DNA from: Camelus dromedarius
Taxonomy: Eukaryota
Direction: 5' to 3'
DNA: 64,000 bases
Assembly: GCF_036321535.1 (NCBI RefSeq)
Contig: NC_087444.1
Location: forward strand, 36,952,001-37,016,000
Shown here: piece after piece, positions 1 through 18,759 of the stretch
Position numbering within the stretch: the stretch's first letter is position 1
How the letters are laid out: every line of letters starts with the position of its first letter
Made by a program: the position numbers and the translations under genes
The notes under the pieces: generated by a model
Seen by the model: the letters and a program-made list of their open reading frames with translations, nothing else
What the model was told of the DNA's origin: nothing
Databases searched by the model: none

Positions 1-631
1 AACAGACCCAGTCCTTATCTTCATGGGGTTCACAATCTAATTATATACCTCTTACCTTTTGGTTATATAATTTAGTTATATACCCTTCACTCATTACAAA
101 GTTCATTAGAAACTGGTTCAAATACCAGAACAAAGCCTATGTCTAGTCACCCCCAGGAAAAGGGTTATGAGTTAATCTTCCCAGAATAAAGCCTCATTCT
201 CCAGACATGCCTCAAGGCTTGGTCTCTGCAGAAGTGACAGTAATTTGATGAGAGGCTGGCTCTATATTTGCCAAACCATAAGCATAAACATACAGAGGGA
301 CTCCTAGTTCCAGTCTAAGTAGCCACATGGAAAATTACACTCAGGACACATTCAGCCAGAAATCAGAGACAGTTAGCAATATAGATAGAAAGGAACATCA
401 GCCAAGCTTTCTTGAAAGAGGTGGGTTAGAGGAAGAGCAGCAGTGCTCTTGGTGTTGGTGGTCCTCCCCCAACCCAGAATCACCAGCTGAACCTCCAAGC
501 TGCTGTTCCAAACCCCCTCACCACCCAGGAAACCTATGATGAGCTGCAGGGAAGGCCTGAGCAGCAGAGGTTGGTGTCAGGGATTTCTGCTGCTTCTCAG
601 AGTAGGCAACAGAATATGATGAAAATATTGA

Positions 632-6339
<5,708 letters not shown>

Positions 6340-6452
6340 GGTGCCCAGAGATGCTGTCCCCACATATGCCCCACCCCACTGACAAGGTTCATTTCAACTG
6401 GGGACGTCCCCAGAATGCATGTGCCCATTCGAGGGTGAGTGTCAGTCTATTT

Positions 6453-6458
6453 TTTATT
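6453..6458 (-). terminator. PLEKHG4 poly(A) signal (AATAAA on minus strand)
   Basis: TTTATT on plus at 6453-6458, about 660 nt past the PLEKHG4 stop. Confidence 0.7.
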
Positions 6459-6465
6459 ATAAACA

Positions 6466-6478
6466 AATAAAGAATAAA
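6466..6478 (+). terminator. KCTD19 poly(A) signals (AATAAA at 6466-6471 and 6473-6478)
   Basis: Two canonical hexamers about 130 nt after the stop codon. Confidence 0.8.
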
Positions 6479-7118
6479 TCACAAGTCAAGGCCTTAGTCT
6501 TCCTCTCTGAGACACTAAAGACTTTACAATGAGTGAAATAATTTTAGTTAACTTAACTGAAAGCTATTCCAAAGGCAATGAGTCAATATAACCAAAGTGA
6601 CCCAGGAAAGAAGGGGATGGGCCATGGGAGCCAGGGCAGGAAAGAGTACAATAGGGATAAGCTTGCTCCTAAGTTTGGGGAGCCTGGCTTTGACATCAGG
6701 TACTGGGAAGCAGTGGCTATCCACCTGTGCTCCTCCTGACTTGGGGTAGCCCAGTCACTACCAGAGCCACATGATGCCCCACCAGCCTAAAGCATGGAAA
6801 CAAATATCTACCCTTTGTTCTGGGTGGGAGCAATGGCGGGGGGAAGCTGGAGATGGGGGCAGAAGAAGGAGTCACAGGGCCAGGAACCCAGGATCAGGGT
6901 GCTCATTCAGGTTCTGCAGCCAGCATTCCCTGGAGCTGTCCCTGCCAGTCTGTCCAATGGGCACAGACATCAGAAAGAGTAGTCAAAACGGCTGTGCATG
7001 TAGGCTGGAGGCAACCCAGGTGCCAGCCATGGCCTGGTCATAGCAGATCCCGTCCAAGAGAGGTGATGTTCCTTGGGTCTAGAGGCTGCTAGATCCACTG
7101 CCCACCTCAATTCCAGGT

Positions 7119-10100
7119 TCAGACCTGCAGGGCCAAGCTAAGCATGAACACCTATTTCCCCAGCTTGGGGTCCAGGTGGGGTGTCTGAAGAATGGCTGTG
7201 ACCCATCACCCCCATCTCCACCTAAAGGCAAGGCATCCATAGGCCCAGGCAGCACTGAGGAAGGGCTAGTGGGTATAAGGCAAAATGGCACTCACATAAG
7301 ACAAGTCCTCCAGGCCCCTGCCCAGGGCCTGTCCTGACATGCAGCTGCTGTCTGAGCCACTGGAGCCACTGGCTGACAGGCACTGGGATGAGACCTCGGA
7401 GTCCTCAGGAGCTAGGAAGGGAGACTGGGTGAGCTGTCAGCACACAAGGCCCAGACCCCAAGCCACACCCTCCTGCCTTTGGTCAAACCCAGGCCTACTC
7501 AAATACGGCTGGCTGCCCAGTTCAGCTTCAGCCTCCAGTACTGCTTCCTCTGGGAAGTTGGTGGCATACAGAGGCCAGCCTAAACCCAGAAGAGCTGGAT
7601 CTCTGTACAAATGCAGGTTGAGGGACCCCAGTACAGAAGAAGAGGCAGGGTCTACAGGAAGGGAGCTCGAGGCCCCCAGGTAGGAGCTGTCATAGTCAAA
7701 TGGAGCCACGGCAATGGAGGCCCGAGAACGAACTTCTGCATGAGAAAGAAGGTCAGGTTGGGACAGGCCGGAGTCCAGCTGGGCCAAGGTCCCGAGAGCA
7801 GCACAGGCTAAGGCTGACAAAGGTCCACGTTGCCTCCTGTGCAGCTCTCCTCATTCCACCCACCACAGCCTGCCTGCTACCTCGGCACTTCAGGATATAG
7901 TTGATGGTGCGGTCATTGATAGCTTCTTTGCTGGGGATGATGTCCCGGAAGGCCTTGTTCCCCACACCCATGGACACCATCTCAGCCATGCGCACCTCTG
8001 GGTGGAGAGTGGACATCTGGGCATCAGCAAGTTGGTCCTTTATCTACCCCTTCCCTTATAAGACTCTCCTGTACGGCCATACCCAGCAGACCGTTCTGTG
8101 CACTGAGCCTTTCTGGTGCCAGGCTCTCTCCTTGCAACAATCCTGTAGACAGGTGTCATAATTCCTCTTTTAAAGACGAGGCTTCTGACAGAGATCAATA
8201 CTGTCTCCACAGTTTGAGACAGTGACAGCAGGACTGCCTGACTTTGGAGTTCTTTCCCCCGCACTGGATGTTGCTGACAGATCTTTCCTCCATTCCCGAG
8301 TGTTTCCAGGTCCCTAGACCCTCCCTGGCGCCCCTCTGGGACAATATAAGCTCTCCAAGGAGGGAAATGTAGGGTGAAACAGGGGCAGGGACCCACCCTT
8401 GTTGTGGACAGCCTGCCTCCAGAGCAGGCGGGAGATGTCAGCTGTCCAAGCTTGCTTGGTGGCCAAGCTGGCAGCTTGTAGCACAAAGATGTCCCTGGCC
8501 TTGCGGCGGCGGAACCAGATCTCAAAGCGCAGGTTGCTATCCCCACAGCACTCAGTGAGGCCAAGGTCTGTCATCTGTGTGTCCAGGAGAGGGGCTTGGT
8601 GAGGCACTGGGGGTGCAGTGGGCACAAGGTAGGGTCAGGTGGGCCTACCTTGAAGGAGCGCTTGTAGGCAAATGTGCCTATGCCTGTGGGTCCTCGTCGA
8701 GGCTTGCTGAAGAGCAGCAGCTCCTCAAAGAGAAAAATGCGACGCAGGCACTTGTGGCGCCCAGTGCGCACCGTGAACTCATCCTGTCGTACCAACTGCC
8801 CCTGTTCCTTGAGGTTGACCTGCCAAGTTGGGACCCAGTGGGTGCCCAGCCTCTTCTGCCCCCTCCCTTCACACCTACTTCCCCTGTCCACTGCAGCTGG
8901 GACAACTCACATCACAACCCTGGATGGCATCCATGGCTAGCAAGTCATTGCCATGTCGCAGCTGGAAACGCACAAGGCTCTGGGCAGCCTGCAGGGCACT
9001 TAGCTCCTGCATGGATTCCCCACAGGCCCGTGCCAGCTCCTGTAGCAGCAATGCATACTTGCTCATGCGCTGGATGGGCTTCAGCAGGTAGGAGGCCAAG
9101 TCCAGGTGGTCCCCCAGCGCTTGCTGCTTGTTCTGCCAGGTTCACAGGAGACTGTCAGGGGGCTTCACGTTACTTGCTCCATCCTCTCTCCCACTACAGT
9201 CTGAGGCTCACCTACCTTGAAGAAGGCATAGCCACAGCTGGTCATCAGGGCATCAGAGCGTGGTTTATTCTTGCTGTAGAGTGCGTACAGACCAAACTGC
9301 ACCCTCTGCAAAAATTTACAGCTCAGCCTGGTGCAAAGGAGCCAGCATCCAATGTCTGGCCCCCTTGGGCCAGAGCACTCAGTTTGGAAGGGCCAGTGCC
9401 AACAGACAGGTCCCAGGGAGGCCTCCCCGCTGCAGATCTAATCTGCCCTGCTTTCAGTAAGGGGTGATGTGGCAAAACAGGCACTGTACAGGGAAGGGCT
9501 TGCCCATGGGCCCTCTGGAGAAAAACTGCATACAGCTCTGTTCCTCCCGCAGTTTTGAGAACAATGCCTTGGTCTCACCTAGCCTTGGACGACTACTACT
9601 TTCCTTGTTCACGATACTAAGCCACACTAATCTATCTCTTCCTTGACCACTGGGCCTCTTTCTTGCCTAGGGCTCTGCATTTGATCTCCCCTCTGAACGG
9701 AATGCTGACTCCGGCCCCTCGCTCTGGCCTCAGCTCAAACATTAGCTCCTCAAAGAGGCCTCTCTCACTGCTCTCTGCAAAGGGGATACCCCTGCTCTGC
9801 CACTAACTCACAATCATCTACCTATCCTGGTTTTTTCCCTCCTAACCCCAATTATAATCTGGAATTATTTTTCTCACTTTTATGTCTCTTCTACTAAACT
9901 AAAAGTACCCTGAAGGACAGGAACCTGTTGGTCCCACTCATAGCTGTATTCATCATAGGGCCTGGCATCAAAAATGTGCCTAACAGCTCTTTGTTGAGTG
10001 TGGCCTGTGGGGCTTACATGGCGCAAGAAGGCATAGGCCACCCGGGGTGGGTGCTGGGTACAGGCCTCCAGCTCACGCAAGAAGAAATGGCAGTGGAAGT

Positions 10101-13100
10101 CCCGCAGCTTCTCCAGGTTGCCAAAGAGGTGGGCGCGCTGACCACGAAGGCCCTGGGGCACATCAGGGCGATCCAGCTCAGGGAAGTAGTTCTCCATGGT
10201 GTAGTTAAGAGCACGGACGTACTCCCGCTCTGTAGTCACCATCTCCGCCAGCACTAGCTGGAGCCTACCAGGTAGGTGGAGTCAGGACCCAAGACATTTG
10301 TCTCGTCACTACCCTCCCCACCCTGCCCACTGCCTGTACCTGTTAAGGCTCCTATGGTCAGAGCTGCCTTTTGGAGGCACGGTGGGGCATGACCCTCGCT
10401 GGGCACCACCTCCAGTCTCTGGTCTGTGGCAGGCAGCCACAATGGCCTCACAGTGGCAGTGGTGGGCAGATTCTCTGAGAGACAGTCCCAGATTCCGATC
10501 AAGGCTGTATGCCTTCCTCAGGGGAGAGGGGGCAGATACAGCCGAAACCCGGCTGACACGAAGGTTAGCTGTGCTACTCATCGGTGGTAGCTTCAGAGCA
10601 GCCTCTAGCTTCTGGTCCAGGGCCAGCCAGGTGTCCTGGCATCGTGCCCAGGCCCAGCGGCACTCTTGGCGGATGCCCTCAGATCCCAGCCCTGTGGCTA
10701 GAGCCCACATCTTTCGGAAGTGGGCAAGAGGCAAGTCAGGGTACTCGGTCCAATGCAGCTGCAGCCGTTGCAGCACAACCCTTGGGCGCTCCTGTTCCAG
10801 CTCTGCCAACACCCGCTGCCCCTCCTCAGCCCATGTCGAGGTCTGCAACACCAAGGTCAGACAGGCGCTAAAGAAGGATTCCACTAAGACTGCCAAGCCC
10901 TCTGCTCTACCCACCCTCCACCCCCACAGAATGCTGGCCCCAGGCTGCATCCCCAGTGGCAGGATTTTGGGGTCAGACTAAAGACAAGGACAGAAAATAG
11001 GCAAGATATCCAGCAAAGCTCAGACTGTGTTAGAGCAGAACAGGCACCCCTCTGGCCTCACTGACCACCTGGAGCTAGGGATGGGGCCCTCACCCACCTG
11101 TTTGAAGTACTGCAAAAGACTCTCAGCATCTGCTAGCTGCTGCCGCCGGTGGGCCAAAGCCCTAGAGAAGTCAGTCAGTTGGGCTTGCAGGGTGAGAAAG
11201 CGGGCCCCAGAGGGACCCAGTTCAGCCACATCCCAGCCAACTAGTGGCTGCAGAAATTTCTCCCCTCGCCTGACCTGCTCCTAGAGACAGAAACTGGGCT
11301 CAGCAGGTCCAGGTCTTGTAGTCTAGTTCCTGGAACCCAGGTCTTTTCCACGGATGTCTACATGTCATCATCAAGTCTCTCCTCTGATTAAAGACCTTCC
11401 TTCCACCTCCCACCCATTACTGTCTCTCTCTGTGCCCCTCTCTGCAGTCAAATTTTCTGGAGAAATTGTTATTCTCATCACTGCTTTTTAACCTCAACTC
11501 CACTTCCATCCCCATCCCTAGCATTGCTCAGACCTCCTCTGACTCTACCACTCAGCAGTACCCAACCCTCTCTCCCCCAGCTACGGTGATCCCTCCCCAC
11601 TCTCCTGTTTCTCCTTGGCTTTCTCTGGCGCTTCCTCTTCCTGCTCCCCAATCCTTACCGGGGCTGTTAAATGCTGGTGCCCCTGAAGACAGTCCACTCT
11701 CTCTTGCGTGACCACACTTAAAATACCATCCACACGCCCACAACCACCAAGTGACCCTCTACATTCAGATCTCTTCTCTGAGCTCCCTCTCATTCTCTCA
11801 TGGTCATTCCCAAAGCACACCCAAGACTGGATTGATAAATACCCCGCCCCCAGAAGAACCCTCTCTCAGGGAACAGTACCTATCCATCTTTGCAACCTCC
11901 TTCTCTCTTATCCTCTCATATGTATCCACCAAAGAATCTCATCAATTTCTCAAATCCACCTCCTCTGCCACCATCCTGGCCAGAGCAAGCCTTACTCCCA
12001 CCTGGACCACTTCAGTTGCCTCTTCAATGGACTCTTCATGTCCATCCTCCAAGTCACTGTACTCAGAAACTAAGGTAATCTTCCTAGAACATAGTTCTGA
12101 TTATATGACTTTCCTGATTAAATTGTACACTAGTATAAGGCCCAGCAATCTGGCCACTGACCGCTTTTCCAGCCCCATTTTATCTCATTTCACCCCACTC
12201 TCCCTCCCTCTACTACCCTGAATTTCATCCTATCCTTCTTATTGTTCCTCAAGCAAGTCATACTCTCTCCTCTCACATGATTTTTTCACATACTTTTTGC
12301 TCCTCAGTCTTACGGTTTCTTACCCCTAACCCTCCTCTGCCTGGTTAACCCTAACCTATTCTTCAGTTCTCAGCTCAAAATTCACTATCTCAAGAAAGTT
12401 TGCCCAACACCCCTCCTGGGTCAGGACTTTATTACACACTTGAGTAGAATCACCTGTGTTGCTCCTCTCCAGAGCTTTTACCTGGAAAAACACACATACA
12501 TGATTTTGAATCTTTGACTACAACTGACCTTTCTGCTGGACGGTAAATTCCAAGATAGCGAAGGATAGATTTGCCTTCACCCACTCTGCATTCCTAGTCC
12601 CTGGAAAAGTGCCCTAATACCTACACAATGAACAAGTGACCAAACTCACCTGGGCAACCTGGTCCAGCTCCTGAAAAGGGCCTTGGGCCTGGAGCAGCAT
12701 GTCCAGTGAGGGCTCCCTTGGCTCCTCAAGTGCTGGCCAGCCCACCTGCTGTAGCCACACTTCAATCTGGAGGAGCACAAGCAGGGAACGGAGAGCTGCT
12801 GTAGGGATGATGCTTGAGATTAGAGATGAGGCCCATCTGGGCAGATAGTTCCCACCTGGTGCAGCCTGCCCTCTTCGGCCTCCAACATCTGGACCAACTC
12901 CAGTGCTTGTACTCGCCGGTTACTCTGCAGGGTCAGTTGGTGCAACAATCCATCCACGCGACCATACAGCTCCTCAACCTCGTCCACAGCTGGCCTGGTA
13001 CATGGAATATGTCCTAGAACCCCTGCCAGGTGCTTTTTCTCCACTCCACCCTGTGCTGGGACCACAATCCTGCTGGTTCTGAGCCAGCCAGCTCAGTCCT

Positions 13101-15147
13101 TTGCATGGGATATGATGGGCTGGGCAAGATCTGGGCATGCACCTACCTGTAGTCTGGGCTCAGGGTCACCTCTGGGACCTCTTGCTTCAGCCATGCCAAG
13201 TCCAAGGCCCCCTGGCATTGTAGCCATGCCAGCTGTGGCGAGTCTAGCACATGCTGCATCAGGACCCGTGCCTGCTGTAGCAGCCGGGTGACTTCCTGTG
13301 ATTAAGGGCAACAGGCAGTGGTGGTGCACATGGGAGAAGTGGAGGGAGACAGGGAACATTCTGGGAAGTGTTGAGAGGGAATACTCACCCCAGACTCCAT
13401 GGGCTGGGGTACAGCCTTCATGCTCTCAATGGCCCCCTGGAGCAAGGCACAAACTTCCTGGCAGCTCTGCATTAGGGCTTCCAGACGCTGTGAGCAGAGG
13501 CAGGCGTGACCAGGGCAGTACACAGTGCTGGTCCCAAGCATTTTAGATCCCAGACCACTGCAGCCAGCTTTGCACTGCTCAAGCCATCCCAGGAGAGGCT
13601 CCTCTGCCGCCCAGACTGCCTACCTATCCACCCTATGCTCTACCCAGTGGCACTGACCATCCGGAAGTCCAGCCAGGTCTGGTGACAGTAAGGCAGGCCT
13701 CCTCCCAGTGAAGTGGGCAATCCTGAGGTGGAAATGTGGGTCAACAGGCTCTGATGAGACGACAGCTGCTTTAACTGCAGAAAAAAGAGTGTAGTGACAC
13801 AGGCCTGGTGGGGAAGCGCCCCACCTCCACCCTGGCCAAAATGTCTCAGTACCTGCAGCCCTGAAGGCGCCTCCTCAGGCATCTTTCCTACCAGTAGTAC
13901 CTGGTGCACTGACCCTGGGGCTGCTTCCTGCAAGGAATCTGAGCTTAGCCCTGCCCCCAACCCTATACAAAAGGAATGATTGGGGGAAGGGGGAGCTACA
14001 ATCCTGTACTCACTTGCAGTTGGCTGAGCCCCCAGAAGAGGGAAGAGCTCGGGGAACAAATTCGAGCGTCTACTAGCACAGTCAGTCCCAGTGCCTGTAC
14101 TTTGGGCCTAAAGGGGAAGACTCCGTTCAGCATCTATTTTCCCAGCCCTGCCATTTCCTAGCTCAGGCTCTGTCCCCCAACCTCCTCCCTGCAACCTGGG
14201 GATGTTTTGCAGGTAGAGCAGGAGGCGGATGAGTTCATGGCTGCTACCCTTGGGGTGAAGCCAGGCCGAGTTATGGGCACACAGAAGCAGCACTGCCCGG
14301 CCTTCTATATCCCGAGTCCCTGTGGGGAGAAAACAGTGAACACCTACACAATCAAGTCACCCCACCTCCACCACCCCTAGTCACTCCCCTCTACCTGGCA
14401 TGGCAGCCATGCCACTGGCAAGCAGCTCCCAGGCAAGGTCTTGGGCCAGGAGGTAGTCAGTGGGCTTAGGGAGCCTGGATCCTCTGGGGTCTTGGGAAGG
14501 AAAATGGCTTGGGTCTACATTGGGCCACATACCCAGAGACCCCTACCTGGACCTAGGCTTTAGCCTGAATATGGTCAAGAGTCCTCCCCAAGTCTTGGTA
14601 CCCATCTCCAGGCACTCTCTCTCCCTTTCAAGACTTCCCTGGCCCAGCCTTTCTTACCTGCCTCCAGTAGCTCTGACGACGTCTCAGATAAAAAGTCTCC
14701 AAGGTCCACAGGGTCGCTGTCCAACCCCGCAGGATCCAAACAAAATGAGTCCCCTGCCAAGCCTCCCCCTTGTCTGTCATTTTCACCCTGTGCCAGATGG
14801 AGGTTTGAGGACACTGGGTAAAGGAGGATCTCCACTCCAGAGGGGGCTGGTTCCTCCCTCTGGACTGAGGAGCCTCCTAATGTGCCTCTCTGGCCATCCC
14901 CTGACCCATCTGCAGCCATCTGTTCTTGGAGTGATTGAAGTTCACCAGGCAAAGGGTTGCCCTGTAGCCCTTCACCCTGGGCTGCCCCTGCTGGTGGTCT
15001 TGGAGGACTGGGGTCTTTAACCTGCATCTGGGGAGTAGGTTCCCCCTCACCCCAGGCATCTCTGAAACTGCACACAGCAAACCTCCAGTCAGTAGCATGG
15101 CCCTGGGAGTCTGGGGACTCATCCCCATCTTCCAGGGGCCCTTCCAT
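7119..15147 (-). CDS. PLEKHG4: Puratrophin-1, DH-PH Rho guanine nucleotide exchange factor, complete CDS of 1189 aa
   Basis: 21 coding exons: 15147-14658, 14490-14395, 14319-14196, 14107-14014, 13927-13853, 13774-13658, 13487-13389, 13295-13147, 12994-12856, 12766-12650, 11280-11098, 10842-10340, 10264-10018, 9305-9216, 9132-8911, 8819-8649, 8574-8397, 7997-7881, 7735-7499, 7411-7296, 7124-7119. Total 3570 nt, all GT-AG, in frame. N-terminus [32 protein letters not shown]; DH motifs [15 protein letters not shown] and [17 protein letters not shown]; PH motif [13 protein letters not shown]. Confidence 0.97.
9660..10000 (+). mobile_element. L2 LINE 3' end fragment
   Basis: Ends in a degenerate L2 tail (gggcctggcatcaaaaatgtgcctaacagctctttgttgagtg). 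Confidence 0.6.
11400..12630 (+). mobile_element. L2 LINE fragment
   Basis: Pyrimidine-rich decayed L2-like sequence filling a 1.4 kb PLEKHG4 intron; recognised by eye. Confidence 0.6.
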
Positions 15148-15379
15148 CACCCTCCCCTTAAGGGTGGGCCTGCTCTGGTCAAGTGGGAGAGGGGCTAAGC
15201 CCACAGTGTGAACTGAGGCCTCAGTTCACCCAGGAAACGGATTGAAGATGGTCGGGTAGGGCTCGGCGGAAAACACAGGCAGAAGGCACTAGGCAGCAGG
15301 AGGTGCCAGTCTTGGTACCCATACAGGCAGAGGAAATGCAGTTCAGGCCTAAGGAGAGGGAAGAACGGCAGGGGTCCGC

Positions 15380-16120
15380 ATTCCGCTCAGGGCCCACAGG
15401 TCTGCACTCACACGGGCCTTCGCCGGGTCCGCCCCACACTCGGACGCTCATCAGCCGCCATGCTGGGCGGGCCTGCGCGGGTGGGACGCTCACGGCGTGG
15501 GCGGGGCGCCTCCTCGTGCTCTTCCTCAAGCAGGCCCAGCCTGGCCCTGGCCTCGCGCAGGGGTTTCACGCACCCGCTCTCTTTCCCGCCCGCCCGCCAG
15601 CCCGCCAGCTATGCTCATGCACCCAGGACGCGCCGAGGGCAATCGCTAACCTGGCAGTCCGCGCAACCAGAGTCCTCGAATGTACCACAGCGCCGCCTCG
15701 ACGGCGGGTACGGCACGCCGCTTGGCGTCGACGGGCACCGCCTCCTGGCCGCAGGGGCGGGAACGAGAGTTGCAGAGGACGCCGCGCTGCCCCCTGGGGG
15801 CCGGAGGGCGGAGCCACAGCCCACCCTGCCAGGCGGGACGGCAGCCGCCAGGGCCAGGGGGGAAAGCGCAGAAGCGCGGGCCCTCGGAGCACCCCTGCCC
15901 GCCGCCCCCTCATCCCCCCTTGGGCCTGGACGGCTTGGCTTCACCCCTGCCCTCAGGCCCAGCTGACTGACTCGGCTTCTCGGTCCACCGGCAGGGGAAG
16001 CGACCACCTTGCCACCTCGCCCGCTCTCCAGGCGTGCCAAGCACGCCGGAAGCGCTTCTCGGTTGGGGAAGGCGGCGTAAGCGCGCAAGGGTGAGTGAGC
16101 GTGGGGGTCCGCCTTGGGGT
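15380..16120. promoter_or_regulatory. CpG island / PLEKHG4 promoter and 5' non-coding region
   Basis: High GC and CpG density with GC boxes (GGGCGG) immediately upstream of the first coding exon on the minus strand. Confidence 0.8.
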
Positions 16121-18759
16121 GGAGGAAGGGCTTGAGGGGGAGCATGGAGGGGCTTCTGTTCTTGAATACTCACAGGGTAGGGTATCCCTGTCCTAGCCTC
16201 CCTCAGCAAAACAAAGAGCACTCATTCCTCTCAGTCGGGAGAAGAAAAGTGTTGGCCCAGGGTCCCAGGGCCTCCTAGAAAGACTCCCTAAGCCCAGACC
16301 AGCTACTTGGGACTACTAGGGGCCAGAAGGGGTATCTTCATGGAGGGTAGGAGAGCGGGGCCCTTCCACTACAGCTCCCATCTTCCTTTCGGTCCTCAGT
16401 CCCAGAAACCAAGAAATAGGTTGTATGATCCCATGATGGGATGTGGGGATTGCTGTTTGGGATAGAGGAAAGGAGGGGGGCAGGGAGGCCCCTGGGGTGG
16501 GAGGTGACCCGACCTAGCAGAATCTACCAATCCACCAAACCCAGACCCTCCACTGCCTTGCATTCCTGGCCTTTCTTTCACATACATCCCCTCCTCACAA
16601 AGTCCAGCCAAACGGGCTGAGACTGAGGTCAGGGTTCCTGAGCCAGAGAGCCAGGCTTGCTCTTCTACTTACCTGCTGGGTGAGCTCCAGCAACTCAGTC
16701 CTCTTTGATCCTCCTCTTACTCACCTGTAAAAAAAGAAAGCCATTCCTTTCTCCTGGGATTGCCAGCAGGAGGACAAAGGAAGATCTTATATGTCAAAGG
16801 TCCACTTGCTGCCAGCACTTGGGCTGTGTTCATGCTCTACCCCTCATTTCGCTTGGACAGTTGACCTGTGAGATCCCTCCCAGCTCCGAGATGTGAAGTC
16901 CCATTGGGGCATGTGGACCTGACTCACACTCCCCAGTTTGTGGGAAGGTTGTAAGAAGGTAGGCTGTGTGGCCAGAAAAGACACTGTGCCCCTAAACACA
17001 CTCAGGCCCTTGGTTCCTTGTGGGGAGGAGGCAGTGTGTGTAGTAGCTTCCCTGGTTCTAAGACAGGCACTTCCTTCATGAGCCAAGGGAGGCTGCCAGA
17101 GGAGGGAACCTGGGCATCAGAAGCAACAGCGGTTGCCTCCTCCCCACCATCCCAGCTGCTACATCAGCACCAAGTCCGGATTCTCAGGATAGCTACCCAG
17201 GAGCCTTCTTCATGAGCTGATCTTGCTGTGAGAGAGGAGCCTTGGAGTGGTCCTACTCCATCCACAAGCCCCTGCAAGCCCTCTCATCCCACCCTCCTCT
17301 AGCTTTACTGAGCATCAGGACCAATCTTGGCTCCCTCCCCAACTGTCCCAGAGCCACCCCACTGAGTCATTGCCTCCCATTCCCTCCCTCCCCTTCTGCT
17401 GCTCTCTGTCTGCCCGCCCCCCACCAGCCCCCTCCCTCTGTGAGTCCTAAGAGTTGGTTGGATCTGCTGGCAGGCACATGCATCCCTCCAGTGCCAGAGG
17501 CAAATAAGAGGCTTGAGGCAAATAAGAGGCTTACGCCACAGGCCATTGCTGACCCCAACACCCTTGGGCACGGGCAGACAGACAGATTGAGGGGCAGGGG
17601 CAGGGCCAGGCCTTGGTTTATTCACTCCACGTAGAATGTGCATTATAAGCTTCATGAAAACATGAAGCTGTTGTTCACTTCTGTGCTTTATACCACCTAG
17701 CACAAGTCCTGGAATAAATGTTGGGGGTGCCGGAGACTGGTTGCATTACCCCTGCCCCACTGAGGCTCCCCATTCATGAGCCAGATGTAAACCAGTCACA
17801 AGTGGAGACAGATTCAGAGGCTCAGTCCTAAAGGGACACAGAAGAGGCAGAGAGCTGTGGGAAATACGGCCCCAGAATGGCAAAGATACAGATAAAAATG
17901 GGGGCAGACTGAGGCCTAGTGGCGAGCACTAAGGGCTGGGCCTAGAGCCAGCCTGGGCCGCTGACCGCAGCAGGCTCTGTGGGCTGAGCTTGCAAGACTG
18001 AACAGTGACTCATGGGCCTGTCTCTGTGGTTCTCTTGGCAGCAAAATCTACTCACAGCAGCCTTTTCCACTGAGATCATGAAATAGGGATGGGCCTCACT
18101 CTTCTGCTCCTTCCCCAACTTTTCCTCAGCCTCCCATTTACATGAATCAATCAAAAATGAAATGGGAGCTCTGTGCCTTAACAGGCCTAGTGATAAGAGA
18201 TCCACAGTCATTGCCCTCACTCCACCCCAAACCTGGCGTGCCCTCTTCATTACTGCCCAAGACAGTGAGGGTGATAGGTACCTCAAACTTTCCAGGCCCC
18301 TCTCACCTCTGTCCTAAATAAACTGCAAATTCCTTAGTGTGGCATTCAATGCCATCCAGAGGCATCACAGCCATCCTGTCCAGCTCCCAGTTGGGCCTGG
18401 AAACCTCATCTTGTCTCAGACTGTCTCCTGTACGTGGAATGCCCATGCTCATCTCTCCAGGTCAAAAATCCTTCCTGCTTCAGGGCCAAGATGCAGGTCA
18501 GGCGGCACTGGAGGCCATTACTTCCATCTTGCCTGGTTAGGTAGTAACTTGCTTGCTTTCCTGCATCCCAGATGCCTGCCTCCCCTCCCAGCTATGTTCA
18601 CCTGCTTTCTTCCCCCAGTCTGCTCATCTCTGACCAAGCCTACCTGCCTGGCAGTCCCCCTGTTCTTAGGTACCCAGCTCCAGGCCCAGGAGCCCCTCTG
18701 CACCCTCCCCTACACCATCAGTTGCCTGATTGTGTGGATTTTATTTCTAACCCTGTCTA

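Noticed and set aside
15303-16145. Long ORFs on both strands (up to 263 aa) in the PLEKHG4 CpG island
   Set aside because: Stop codons are depleted in GC-rich islands; the products are low-complexity Arg/Pro/Ala/Gly with no domain or splice support.
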